Positions 37,999-46,662 of a DNA stretch of 64,000 bases are shown here, piece by piece. The DNA is taken from positions 484,712-548,711 of the forward strand of contig OZ244782.1 in NCBI GenBank assembly GCA_965219625.1, read 5' to 3'. Made by a program: the position numbers and the translations under genes. This DNA comes from Candidatus Multivoraceae bacterium. GTDB lineage: Bacteria > Acidobacteriota > Thermoanaerobaculia > Multivoradales > Multivoraceae. Numbering within the stretch: position 1 is the stretch's first letter; every line of letters starts with the position of its first letter. Under the pieces are notes generated by a model, which was not told the DNA's origin, searched no databases, and was given only the letters and a program-made list of their open reading frames with translations.

Positions 37999-38042
37999 CG
38001 CGACGTGATTATAGCCCGCGCCGAGTTCGCGCGCGGAGGGCG

Positions 38043-38864
38043 TCAACGGCCGCCGCGGCGCCCGGCCATCGGATCCAGAGCGCCGCGGCCGCCGCCGCGG
38101 CCAAGCGGATAGGAGGCGCGAAGAGCCCGCTCGACGAAGGCCACCGCGCGTTCCACTGCCTCGGGGAGCGGCAGATGCCAACCGAGACCCGCCGCTATCG
38201 CGGCCGACATCGTGCAGCCGGTGCCCCGGCGCCAAGGCGTCCGAATGCGCGGATGGACGAACCGCTCGAAGCGCTGCCCGTCGAACAGCAGGTCGATCAC
38301 CTGTCCATCCGCCCCGGCGACGGCATGACCATGACCGCCCGTGAGAAGAACGCCAGGGCCCATCCGCTCGATCCGGCGCACCGCGCGGAGAGCGTCGTCC
38401 GCGTCCTGGATCTCCATCTCGGCGAGCTGCTCCGCCTCGAACAGGTTCGGCGTGATGAGCAGCAGCCTGGGGAGGAGGCGCTCGATGAGAGCCGGCAGAG
38501 CGTCCGTGTCGAACAGCGAGGCGCCCGACGTGGAACGGAACACCGGATCGAGCACCGTCGGCGTCGGCGGCATGCCCTCGAGCCAGTCCGCAACGACGTC
38601 GATGGTCGACGCGTCGACGAGCATGCCGATCTTGATCGCTTCGACGCCGATCTCAGCCGACGCCTCGAGTTGCCGGCGCAGAAGTTCGGGCGCCACCGGA
38701 CCGACTGCCTGGACTTCGTCCGCCGTCTGGGCCGTCACCGCGGTCAAGGCGGACAGGCCGTGAACCCGATAGGCGGCAAAGGTCCGCAGGTCGGCCGACG
38801 CGCCGGAGCAACCGCCGGAGTCCGAACCGGCGATCGTCAGGACGCGCGGCGGCGGCGTAGCCAT
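38043..38864 (-). CDS. thiD: hydroxymethylpyrimidine/phosphomethylpyrimidine kinase
   Basis: VLTIAGSDSGGCSGASADL ribokinase-like N-terminus, GxGC anion hole (GTGCTMSAAIAAGL). Start at ATG 38864 (MATPPP). Upstream ORF-track residues are junk overlapping lgt. Confidence 0.8.
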   Translation of the reverse strand: MATPPPRVLTIAGSDSGGCSGASADLRTFAAYRVHGLSALTAVTAQTADEVQAVGPVAPELLRRQLEASAEIGVEAIKIGMLVDASTIDVVADWLEGMPPTPTVLDPVFRSTSGASLFDTDALPALIERLLPRLLLITPNLFEAEQLAEMEIQDADDALRAVRRIERMGPGVLLTGGHGHAVAGADGQVIDLLFDGQRFERFVHPRIRTPWRRGTGCTMSAAIAAGLGWHLPLPEAVERAVAFVERALRASYPLGRGGGRGALDPMAGRRGGR

Positions 38865-39655
38865 AACGCGGCCACGAGGAGCAGAAGGGCGGCAGCGATG
38901 CCCTGCGCCAGAGTCAAGGCGCCGAGGAAGCGGTCGTCCTTGGCACGCACGAACTCGACGAGGAACCGTTCGAGAGACAGGAGACCGACAACCGGCAGCG
39001 CGACGCCCCCGGGCGCCACGCCCCTGACCAGCAAGGTCCGGCCGAACCAGAAGATGAGGAGGGCGGCCAGCGTCTCGTAGAGCTGGGTCGGATGGACGGC
39101 GACGACGGCGTCCGGCGCCAGGTCGGGCGGAAACTCGAAGGCGTACTCCCTCCGCAGGGCCTGGACCGTCGTCGGAATCGGACCGTCGGGAAAGGCCATC
39201 GCCCAGGGAAGGTCCGTCGGGCGTCCAAAGTCGTCGCCGACCAGCAGACAGCCGACACGGCCGACGCCATAGCCCAAGGCCAGCGCCGGTGCGACCGCGT
39301 CGGCTGTCGGCCAGAGCTGCATCCGGCGCCGGCGCGCGACGAACAGCACCGCCGCCGCGCCGACGAGGAACCCGCCGTACCAGACGAGGCCGGCCCGACT
39401 GTAGAGCAGGCGGAAGTCGCCGTAGAGCAGCGCGTAGTACAGCTTGCCGCCGACGATGCCTCCGAGGGCGCCAGCCAGGAGCAGAGCAGCCGCGTCGTCG
39501 GCGAACTGCCGAGGCGAGCCGTTCCCTGCGTGGCGATACCGCACCCGCGCGAAGCCCCATCGCATCTGCAGATTCGCGGCGAAGAGCGCCGCGACGAGCA
39601 TCACGCCGAACGGCGAGATGGACAGGGGGCCAATACGAAACAGCTCGGAAATCAC
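38837..39655 (-). CDS. lgt: prolipoprotein diacylglyceryl transferase
   Basis: 272 aa polytopic membrane protein with the Lgt signature (YGVGRVGCLLVGDDFGRPTDLPWAMAFP). Confidence 0.85.
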   Translation of the reverse strand: MISELFRIGPLSISPFGVMLVAALFAANLQMRWGFARVRYRHAGNGSPRQFADDAAALLLAGALGGIVGGKLYYALLYGDFRLLYSRAGLVWYGGFLVGAAAVLFVARRRRMQLWPTADAVAPALALGYGVGRVGCLLVGDDFGRPTDLPWAMAFPDGPIPTTVQALRREYAFEFPPDLAPDAVVAVHPTQLYETLAALLIFWFGRTLLVRGVAPGGVALPVVGLLSLERFLVEFVRAKDDRFLGALTLAQGIAAALLLLVAALWLRRRRAS

Positions 39656-39662
39656 GGTTCGC

Positions 39663-41282
39663 TCACTCCCATTCGATCGTGCCGGGCGGCTTGCTCGTCA
39701 GGTCGTACACCACCCGGTTGACGCCCCTCACCTCGTTGACGATCCGGGCCGCCACCCGGCCGAGAAATCCGTGCGGCAACTGGCTCCAGTCCGCCGTCAT
39801 GAAGTCCTCGGTCTCGACCGCGCGGAGCGCGACGACATTCTCGTAGCTCCGGCCGTCGCCCATGACGCCGACGCTTGACACCGGCAAGAGGACGACGAGA
39901 GCTTGGCTCACGCGGTCGTAGAGCCCGCCGGCCCGCAGTTCGTCGATGAAGATGGCGTCCGCTTCCTGGAGCACGGCGATCCGGTCCGCGGTGACTTCCC
40001 CGAGGATGCGCACTCCGAGCCCCGGCCCGGGAAACGGATGGCGACCCAGGAACTCAGGTCCCAGGCCGAGCTCCGCGCCCAGGCGCCGCACCTCGTCCTT
40101 GAACAGGAACCGGAGCGGCTCGATCAGCTCGAAACCCAGGCGCTCCGGCAGCCCTCCGACATTGTGGTGACTCTTGATCATCGCCGACGGCCCGAACGCC
40201 GACACGGATTCGATCACGTCCGGATAGAGCGTCCCCTGGACGAGGAAGCGGAACCGGCCGGCTGGGCCGCCTGAGCGTTCGAGCCGCCTCGCCTCGCGCT
40301 CGAACACGTCGATGAAGACGCGGCCGATCGTCCGACGCTTTTCCTCCGGATCGGCAATCCCGGCGAGCGCGGCGAGGAAGTCATCCGCCGCGTCGACCAC
40401 GCGCAGATCCAGGTCGAGGCCCCGGCGCAGGCTCAGCTCCACCTGCTCCCGCTCGTTCTTCCGCAACAGCCCGTTGTCGACGAACACGGCGGTGAGCCGC
40501 CGCCCCACCGCCCGCTGGACGAGACGTGCCGCGACGGCCGAGTCGACGCCGCCGGAGAGCGCGCAGAGCACCCGGTCGGATGGACCCACGCGGGCCTCGA
40601 CCGCCTCCTTGGCTTGGTCGGCGTACGAGGACATTCGCCAAGAACCCGAGGCGCCGCAGGCGTCGTAGAGGAAGTTCCGCAGGATGTCCCGACCGCGCTC
40701 GGTATGCGTCACCTCGGGGTGGAACTGGATGCCGAAGAGAGCTCGGTCGCGGTCCTCCGCGGCGACGACCGGCACGGTCGGCGCCGAAGCGGTCGCGACG
40801 AAGCCGCGCGGCAGTTCGTCCACCCGGTCGCCGTGCGACATCCAAACCTCCTGCTCCGCCTCGAGGCCGCCGAACAGCGCGCCTGGGGCATCGGACAGCG
40901 CGATCCGCGTGCGGCCGTACTCGCGCTCGCCGCTCGGCGTCACCCGGCCACCGCGAACGTGCGCCATCCACTGCATTCCGTAGCAGATGCCGAGCACCGG
41001 GACACCGAGGCAGAGGAGATCCGGGTCGGCCCGCGGCGCGTTCTCCTGATACACGCTGTCCGGCCCACCCGAGAGGACGACTCCGATCGGTCGGCGCGCC
41101 CGAATCTCGGAAAGCTCAAGGTCGTACGGGTGGATCTCGCAGTAGACCCTGAGTTCGCGCAGCCGGCGCGCGATCAACTGGGTGTACTGGCCGCCGAAGT
41201 CGAGCACGAGCACGGTCTCGCCCTCGCCCGAAGCGATCGGCCGAATCGAAGCAGGCGCTGCGGCACTCGCCGGTTCGGCCAT
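39663..41282 (-). CDS. guaA: GMP synthase (glutamine-hydrolysing)
   Basis: Class-I GATase (GICYGMQ, HPE), ATP-PPase SGGVDSAV motif, and the C-terminal dimerisation domain ending PPGTIEWE. Start at ATG 41282. The 318-aa ORF-track N-terminal extension is spurious. Confidence 0.95.
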   Translation of the reverse strand: MAEPASAAAPASIRPIASGEGETVLVLDFGGQYTQLIARRLRELRVYCEIHPYDLELSEIRARRPIGVVLSGGPDSVYQENAPRADPDLLCLGVPVLGICYGMQWMAHVRGGRVTPSGEREYGRTRIALSDAPGALFGGLEAEQEVWMSHGDRVDELPRGFVATASAPTVPVVAAEDRDRALFGIQFHPEVTHTERGRDILRNFLYDACGASGSWRMSSYADQAKEAVEARVGPSDRVLCALSGGVDSAVAARLVQRAVGRRLTAVFVDNGLLRKNEREQVELSLRRGLDLDLRVVDAADDFLAALAGIADPEEKRRTIGRVFIDVFEREARRLERSGGPAGRFRFLVQGTLYPDVIESVSAFGPSAMIKSHHNVGGLPERLGFELIEPLRFLFKDEVRRLGAELGLGPEFLGRHPFPGPGLGVRILGEVTADRIAVLQEADAIFIDELRAGGLYDRVSQALVVLLPVSSVGVMGDGRSYENVVALRAVETEDFMTADWSQLPHGFLGRVAARIVNEVRGVNRVVYDLTSKPPGTIEWE

Positions 41283-42343
41283 CACAGGGCGGACTCTACC
41301 TTGAGCCCCCGCCGCATCAGGTCGTCGATCGCGGCCGCCGGCCCCTTGCCCCGGTGGATGATGAGAGCCACCTGTTCGATGATCGGCAGCTCGACTTGCT
41401 TCTCGGCCGCCAACTCGAGCAGAGCCAGGGAATTGCGAACCCCCTCCGCGATCCCGGCGCGGTCCCGCTCGATCTCCTCCAGTCGCCGGCCCCGGGCGAG
41501 TTCGATGCCGGTCGCCCGGTTGCGCGACAAACCTCCGGTGCAGGTCAGGACCAGATCGCCGAGCCCGCCGAGTCCGGCGAAGGTCGCCGCCCTTCCGCCG
41601 CAGGCGAGCCCCAGGCGGACGATCTCGTGCAGGCCGCGGGTGATCAGTGCGGCGCTGGTGTTCGCGCCGTAGTCCAGCCCGTCGAGTACCCCGGCGGCGA
41701 TCGCGATGACGTTCTTCGCCGCACCGGCGATCTCGACCCCGACGACGTCGGTCGAGGTGTAGAGCCGCAGCGCGCCGGACGAGAGTCGAGACTGGAGCTG
41801 CTCCGCGATCGCCGACGATTCGGCGGCGACCACGCAGGCGGTGGGCTGCCCGGCGGCAAGTTCGGCAGCAAACGAGGGGCCGCTGACGACGGCGAACTCG
41901 CAATCGACGCGAGCGGCGTCGGCCTCCTCGCGGCAGATCGCGCTCATCCGCCGAAAGCCCCCGTGGCGGTCCGACTCGATGCCCTTCGCGCCAGACACGA
42001 AGACGACTCGTTCCGGCAGCGGCAGGTCGTCGCCGAGGCCCACCCGCGCGCCGAGGAAAGAGCGGACGACACTCCGAAAACCGTGGGACGGCACGACGAC
42101 GAGTACCGTCTCGCAGGTTGCCGTCTGTCGCAGATCCCAGGTCACGCGGAGCTTTGCCGGAAGGTCGACGCCTGGCAGATACCGCTCGTTGACTCGCCTC
42201 GACGCCAGGTCCGCTCCGAAATCCGGCGAACGCGCCCACAGGAGGACGTCCGCGCCGGCTCGCGCCGCGTGGACGGCTAGGGCGGTGCCCCAGGCGCCGG
42301 CGCCGAGCACCGCGACCGCGCCGTCGCCGGAAGCCCGGCTCAC
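41282..42343 (-). CDS. gpsA: NAD(P)H-dependent glycerol-3-phosphate dehydrogenase
   Basis: N-terminal GAGAWGTALA Rossmann motif. Full-length match to the GpsA architecture. Confidence 0.9.
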   Translation of the reverse strand: MSRASGDGAVAVLGAGAWGTALAVHAARAGADVLLWARSPDFGADLASRRVNERYLPGVDLPAKLRVTWDLRQTATCETVLVVVPSHGFRSVVRSFLGARVGLGDDLPLPERVVFVSGAKGIESDRHGGFRRMSAICREEADAARVDCEFAVVSGPSFAAELAAGQPTACVVAAESSAIAEQLQSRLSSGALRLYTSTDVVGVEIAGAAKNVIAIAAGVLDGLDYGANTSAALITRGLHEIVRLGLACGGRAATFAGLGGLGDLVLTCTGGLSRNRATGIELARGRRLEEIERDRAGIAEGVRNSLALLELAAEKQVELPIIEQVALIIHRGKGPAAAIDDLMRRGLKVESAL

Positions 42344-42999
42344 CCGCCCGCCTCAGCGGGAGGCGACGGCGGCTTACTCCCGAGTCGGGATTCCGTACCC
42401 GCCCGGAGCCTTCTTAGATTCGCCCGGTGCTTCGAGATGACGAGCGTCGCGATGAGAAGCGTGCCGACGAACAGCGACGCCGCAGGCGCCGAACCGCCAC
42501 TCTCCCCCGACCCGCCGAGCCACCAGGAGAGGCCGACGATCCCCGGCAGGGACGCCGACGCCGCTACCGAACCCAGGGACACGTAGCGGGTCGCGACGAC
42601 GAGAGCGACGAACACGACGAGGGCGCCCAGCAACGCCCCGGGGACAAGCGGGATGAGCGCGCCGGCCGCGGTCGCCACCCCCTTCCCGCCGCGAAAACCC
42701 AGGAAGATCGGGAACACATGACCCGCCACCGCGGCCACCGCGGCCGCCGCGAGCCACCAGGGGCCGACCTCGAGCGCGAACGCGACGAAGAGAGCAGCCG
42801 TTCCCTTCGCCACGTCCAAGGCAAGCGCCAGCAGCGCCGCCCACTTCCCCGACGCTCGCATCACGTTCGTCGCTCCCGCGCTCCGACTGCCGATCGTCCG
42901 CAGGTCGATGCCGCGATGGACGCGAACGACGAGATAGCTCCAGGGCATCGAGCCGAGCAGGTACGCGGCAATCACCGCGATGAAGCCAGAAGCCGTCAC
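42340..42999 (-). CDS. plsY: glycerol-3-phosphate acyltransferase PlsY
   Basis: GSxNxGATN-like motif (GSRSAGATNVMRASGK) in a multi-TM protein. GTG start at 42999 chosen because it forms a GTGA overlap with the cinA stop. Confidence 0.85.
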   Translation of the reverse strand: MTASGFIAVIAAYLLGSMPWSYLVVRVHRGIDLRTIGSRSAGATNVMRASGKWAALLALALDVAKGTAALFVAFALEVGPWWLAAAAVAAVAGHVFPIFLGFRGGKGVATAAGALIPLVPGALLGALVVFVALVVATRYVSLGSVAASASLPGIVGLSWWLGGSGESGGSAPAASLFVGTLLIATLVISKHRANLRRLRAGTESRLGSKPPSPPAEAGG

Positions 43000-44318
43000 G
43001 GCGAAGCTCCTCCGGCTGGCGCCGCCCACGGCAGAGGCTCTTCGGCGACCCGCTCCGACCTGAGCGTCCGTCGCAGGAGTTCGAGGGCAAACTGAGTCGA
43101 CAACTGCCGTACCCGGTCGCGATCGCCCGGGAATCGGGCCTCGAAGTGCACCGACTCGCCGTCAGCTCCCGCGACAGCGAGGTGAACCGTACCCACCGGC
43201 CTCTCGGCGGTCCCGCCGCCCGGCCCCGCGACGCCGGTGATGCCGATGCCGTAGTCGCTGCCGCAGACCGAGCGGACGCCGGCGGCCATCGCCCGCGCGG
43301 TGGGTTCGGACACCGCGCCATGGGCGCGAAGCGTCGCCGCCGGCACGTCGAGGAGCTGTCGCTTGAGCCGGTTCGAGTAGGCCAGGATGCCGCCCAGGAA
43401 GTAGGCGCTGCTCCCCGGCACGGAGGTCAGGCGCTGGCCCAGAAGACCGCCGGTGCAGGACTCCCCGACCGCCACCGTCGCCCCACGGGCGGCCAGGAGC
43501 TCCCCGACCGCAGCCTCGAACTCGATCCCGTCGTCGATCGAGCCGACGGAGAACACAGCGCTGCCCAACGTCGAGCGGACCGCCGCCGACATCTCGCCGA
43601 GACGCTGCGGCCGGCCCGCCGACGGTCCGTCGGCGCGCAATCGGAGCCGGATCTCGCCAGGCCGCGCGAGCACGGAGATCATGTCGTCGCCGAACCGCTC
43701 GTAGACCGGCGTGATCCGTTCCTCGACGACCGACTCCGGCAAGCAGGCCACCCGCACCTCGATCTGGTCGAAGCCGGCGTCCGCCTCGGCGCGCTCGGCA
43801 ATCCACGGCTCGAGCGCGTCGTCTACAAGCGCTCCCAACTCGCGCGGCACGCCCGGGAAGAGGAAGTAGGTCGTACCGCGCGGCACGGGCGCTGCATCGT
43901 CGATCAGCTGCCCAGGCGCGACGCCAGCCCGGTTGTCGAGCATCACCGCGCCGTCGACTCGTGCCGCCTGCTTGCGATTCACCCGTGGGATGCGTCGCCC
44001 GAGCTTCCTGAAGCCGCGCTCGATGGCTGTCCACGCCGCCTCGTCGACCTGAACGGTGCGGCCCAGGAGTGCAGCCACGCCCTCGCGGGTCAGGTCGTCC
44101 CGGGTGGGCCCGAGACCACCCGTTACCAGCAAGAGCTCCGAGCGTTCACGCAGCCGTTCAAGCGCGGCCGCGATCTCGTCCACCTCGTCGCCAACGACCG
44201 CCTTCGAGATGAGCTCGACGCCGTGGCGCCGCAACACGCCGGTCAGGAGCAGCGAGTTCGTATCCAGCCGGTCCGTACCGAGGAGCTCCGCGCCCACCGC
44301 GAGAATCGAGGCCTTCAC
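42996..44318 (-). CDS. cinA: CinA-family protein (competence/damage-inducible; MoCF-binding + PncC-like NMN deamidase domains)
   Basis: N-terminal MoCF-BD (SILAVGAELLGTDRLDTNS...LLVTGGLGPTRDDLT) and C-terminal CinA domain (GESCTGGLLGQRLT). GTG start at 44318. The ORF-track N-terminal 187 aa are spurious. Confidence 0.85.
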   Translation of the reverse strand: MKASILAVGAELLGTDRLDTNSLLLTGVLRRHGVELISKAVVGDEVDEIAAALERLRERSELLLVTGGLGPTRDDLTREGVAALLGRTVQVDEAAWTAIERGFRKLGRRIPRVNRKQAARVDGAVMLDNRAGVAPGQLIDDAAPVPRGTTYFLFPGVPRELGALVDDALEPWIAERAEADAGFDQIEVRVACLPESVVEERITPVYERFGDDMISVLARPGEIRLRLRADGPSAGRPQRLGEMSAAVRSTLGSAVFSVGSIDDGIEFEAAVGELLAARGATVAVGESCTGGLLGQRLTSVPGSSAYFLGGILAYSNRLKRQLLDVPAATLRAHGAVSEPTARAMAAGVRSVCGSDYGIGITGVAGPGGGTAERPVGTVHLAVAGADGESVHFEARFPGDRDRVRQLSTQFALELLRRTLRSERVAEEPLPWAAPAGGASP

Positions 44319-44361
44319 CGGAAGCAGTGTACCGAGGACGAGAACCGCGCCGCCGCCGGCC

Positions 44362-45624
44362 TCACTCCGCCACGGCCGGCGGCGGCTCGACCTGCTCGCC
44401 GATGATGAGCGACCCGCGGACCTCGTGGGCCAGAGCGTCCGGATCGCGGCGGACGTAGAGGCGGGCGAGCTCCTGGCCGACCTCGACCGGCTGGCCGAGG
44501 CGGACCTCCCAGCGGATCGCGACCGCGTGGTCGATCCGGCGGCGGTCGCGGTCTGGACGACAGGTCGAGGCGAACGCGTTGCCGACGCGGCGGCAGTCGA
44601 CGGCAGCGAGGAAGCCTGCCCGGTCGGCTCGAACGACCGACTCGACCGGCGCCAGTTCGAGCGCTTCCGGGAAGTTCGAGTCGGCGCCCTGGGCGCAGGC
44701 CCATTCGACGAGCTTCTCGCGCGCCCTACCGGAGGCGACCGCGGCCTCGAACTCGTCCTCGCCGAGCGTCCTCTGGACCAGACCTGCCGCCTTCCGGCAA
44801 ATGGCGCGAACGATCTCCGCGAGACGCGGGTCCCCGTCACCGGCCAGGAAGTCGAGGGCCTCCCGGACCTCCGCGGCATGGCCGATCCACCGGCCGAGCG
44901 GCTGGCTCATGTCGCTCAGCACGCAGTCGGCCGGACACCCGCAGGCTGCGCTGATTTCGACGAGCCGCGACGCGAGCGAGCGCGTCTCGTCGCCGTCGGC
45001 AAAGAACGCGCCGTTGCCGATCTTCACGTCGAAGATGATCCCCGAGGCGCCGAGCGCCAGTTTCTTCGAGAGGATGCTGCCGACGACCAGGGGAATCGAA
45101 CCGACCGTCGATGTCACGTCACGCAGACCGTAGAGCCGCCGGTCCGCCGGAGCGATACTCGCGGTGGCAACCCCGATCGCCATCGAGACGTCCTCCAGCA
45201 GCTTGAGCGTGCGAGCACGGTCGAGTTCGAGGGAGAGCCCCGGGATGCTCTCGAGCTTGTCCGCGGTGCCGCCACTATGTCCCAGGGCGTGGCCGGTGAG
45301 CTTAGCCGTTGGCACGCCGCACGCAGCCAGGACCGGGAGAGCGATCAGGCTCACCGTGTCGCCGACGCCGCCCGTCGAGTGCTTGTCGACCACGGCGCCG
45401 AAGTCGTCGGCCAACGCCCAGCGGTCACCGGATTCGAGCATCGCGAGCGTCAGGTCGCGGGTCTCATCCGCGTCGAGCCCGCGGATCGCGGCCGCCATGA
45501 GGAACGCGGCGAGCTGAGAATCGCTCCAGCTTCCCGAAGCCGCGCCGACGACGACCGCGCGTATCTCCCCGCCGCTCAGGGTCTCGCCCTGCCGCATCCG
45601 GTTCAGGATGTCGAAGGGTGTCAC
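44362..45624 (-). CDS. thymidine/pyrimidine-nucleoside phosphorylase
   Basis: HSTGGVGD phosphate-binding motif, glycosyltransferase family 3 fold, C-terminal PYNP domain. GTG start at 45624 preceded by GGGAG. Confidence 0.85.
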   Translation of the reverse strand: MTPFDILNRMRQGETLSGGEIRAVVVGAASGSWSDSQLAAFLMAAAIRGLDADETRDLTLAMLESGDRWALADDFGAVVDKHSTGGVGDTVSLIALPVLAACGVPTAKLTGHALGHSGGTADKLESIPGLSLELDRARTLKLLEDVSMAIGVATASIAPADRRLYGLRDVTSTVGSIPLVVGSILSKKLALGASGIIFDVKIGNGAFFADGDETRSLASRLVEISAACGCPADCVLSDMSQPLGRWIGHAAEVREALDFLAGDGDPRLAEIVRAICRKAAGLVQRTLGEDEFEAAVASGRAREKLVEWACAQGADSNFPEALELAPVESVVRADRAGFLAAVDCRRVGNAFASTCRPDRDRRRIDHAVAIRWEVRLGQPVEVGQELARLYVRRDPDALAHEVRGSLIIGEQVEPPPAVAE

Positions 45625-45647
45625 GTCACCAGCTCCCGGACGTGGGC

Positions 45648-46499
45648 TCAACCTCCGAAGGTGAACGACGGCGCGGCGGTCGGTTCCGGCCCGAGCTGCT
45701 GCCGCGCCCGTACCGCATAGCCGCTCTCCGGGTACTCGTCGACGATGCGTTGAAACGCCTCGCGCGCGCCATCCTCGTCGCCCAGCTGTTCCAGGGTGGC
45801 CGCGAGCTCGAAGAGGAGGGCCTCCTTCGGCAGCGCCGGCGACTCCATCGCGACGGCGCCGCGCAGTTCGGCGGCAACTTCCTCCGCCCGCCCCTCCGCG
45901 CGGTCGAGTCCGTACAGATTCAACCGAACGGCGACCCCGAGCGCATGGTCGTCGCCATTCTCCGCGAGATACTCCGACCACAGCTCCCGCGCCAATTCCG
46001 TGTCGCCGTCCGACGCGGCGATGCGGCCAAGGTAGACGGCCGCCAAGCTGCCCGAGACGGTCGCGCCGTACTCCTCGCGAACTGACTCGAGCCTGGACTT
46101 CGCCGCCGCGCGGCGTTCGGCCTCCGAGGCGAAGCTCAGTTCCGCTTCATCGGCGGCCTCGGCCTCGCCTTCGGCCGTCGCCTCCACGGCATCGTCAGCC
46201 GCCGCCGTATCGTCCGGTGCGCTGTCCGGCGGCGTGTCGAACAGGTCGGCGATCGGGTCCGTGTCCGGTTCCTCGATCGGCGCCCGGTAGACCTCGAGAG
46301 CCTCGCTGAGCGCGAAGCTCGCGGACGCCTCGCGTCGGTCCTCGTACTGCAGGTAGAGCATCAGGCCGACGCCGAGCAGGATCGCCGCCGCGGTCCCCAA
46401 CAGGATCTGGCGAATGTGGTCGACGAACCAGTGGGCAGCGGAAACTACCGCCTCGCGCACCTCGTCGCGCCGCATGTCCTCCGGTCTCAACGTGTTCAT
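45648..46499 (-). CDS. membrane-anchored tetratricopeptide-like protein (YfgM-like)
   Basis: Short cytoplasmic N-terminus, one TM helix (ILLGTAAAILLGVGLMLYL), an acidic linker, then TPR-like helical repeats. Confidence 0.55.
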   Translation of the reverse strand: MNTLRPEDMRRDEVREAVVSAAHWFVDHIRQILLGTAAAILLGVGLMLYLQYEDRREASASFALSEALEVYRAPIEEPDTDPIADLFDTPPDSAPDDTAAADDAVEATAEGEAEAADEAELSFASEAERRAAAKSRLESVREEYGATVSGSLAAVYLGRIAASDGDTELARELWSEYLAENGDDHALGVAVRLNLYGLDRAEGRAEEVAAELRGAVAMESPALPKEALLFELAATLEQLGDEDGAREAFQRIVDEYPESGYAVRARQQLGPEPTAAPSFTFGG

Positions 46500-46629
46500 C
46501 CAAAGTCCCTCCCGAGCAGCCGGACCCTACCAGCATCCGCGGCAGGCGCCGCGCCCACAAGCTGGGAGGGACGATTCGGCGGCGATGCGACCTCCGGCTG
46601 GCCGGCGTCCGTCGCCGCTGACCGACCGA

Positions 46630-46654
46630 CCCGGCCCGGGAGTGCCGGGCCGGC
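46630..46654 (-). terminator. GC-rich hairpin 8 nt downstream of the giant-gene stop (candidate intrinsic terminator, no U-tract)
   Basis: CCCGGCCCGG-GAGTG-CCGGGCCGGC, a 9/10-bp stem immediately after the stop codon at 46663-46665. Confidence 0.3.
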
Positions 46655-46662
46655 GGTCTTCG

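Noticed and set aside
39663-45981. ORF-track 'fusion' proteins with 120-320-aa Arg-rich N-terminal extensions (guaA, cinA, thymidine phosphorylase, thiD, M20, M24, tsaE, phoH)
   Set aside because: The extensions have junk composition and overlap the upstream gene. Conserved N-terminal motifs and stop/start overlaps identify internal ATG/GTG/TTG starts. They are artefacts of rare stop codons at ~70% GC, not real fusions.
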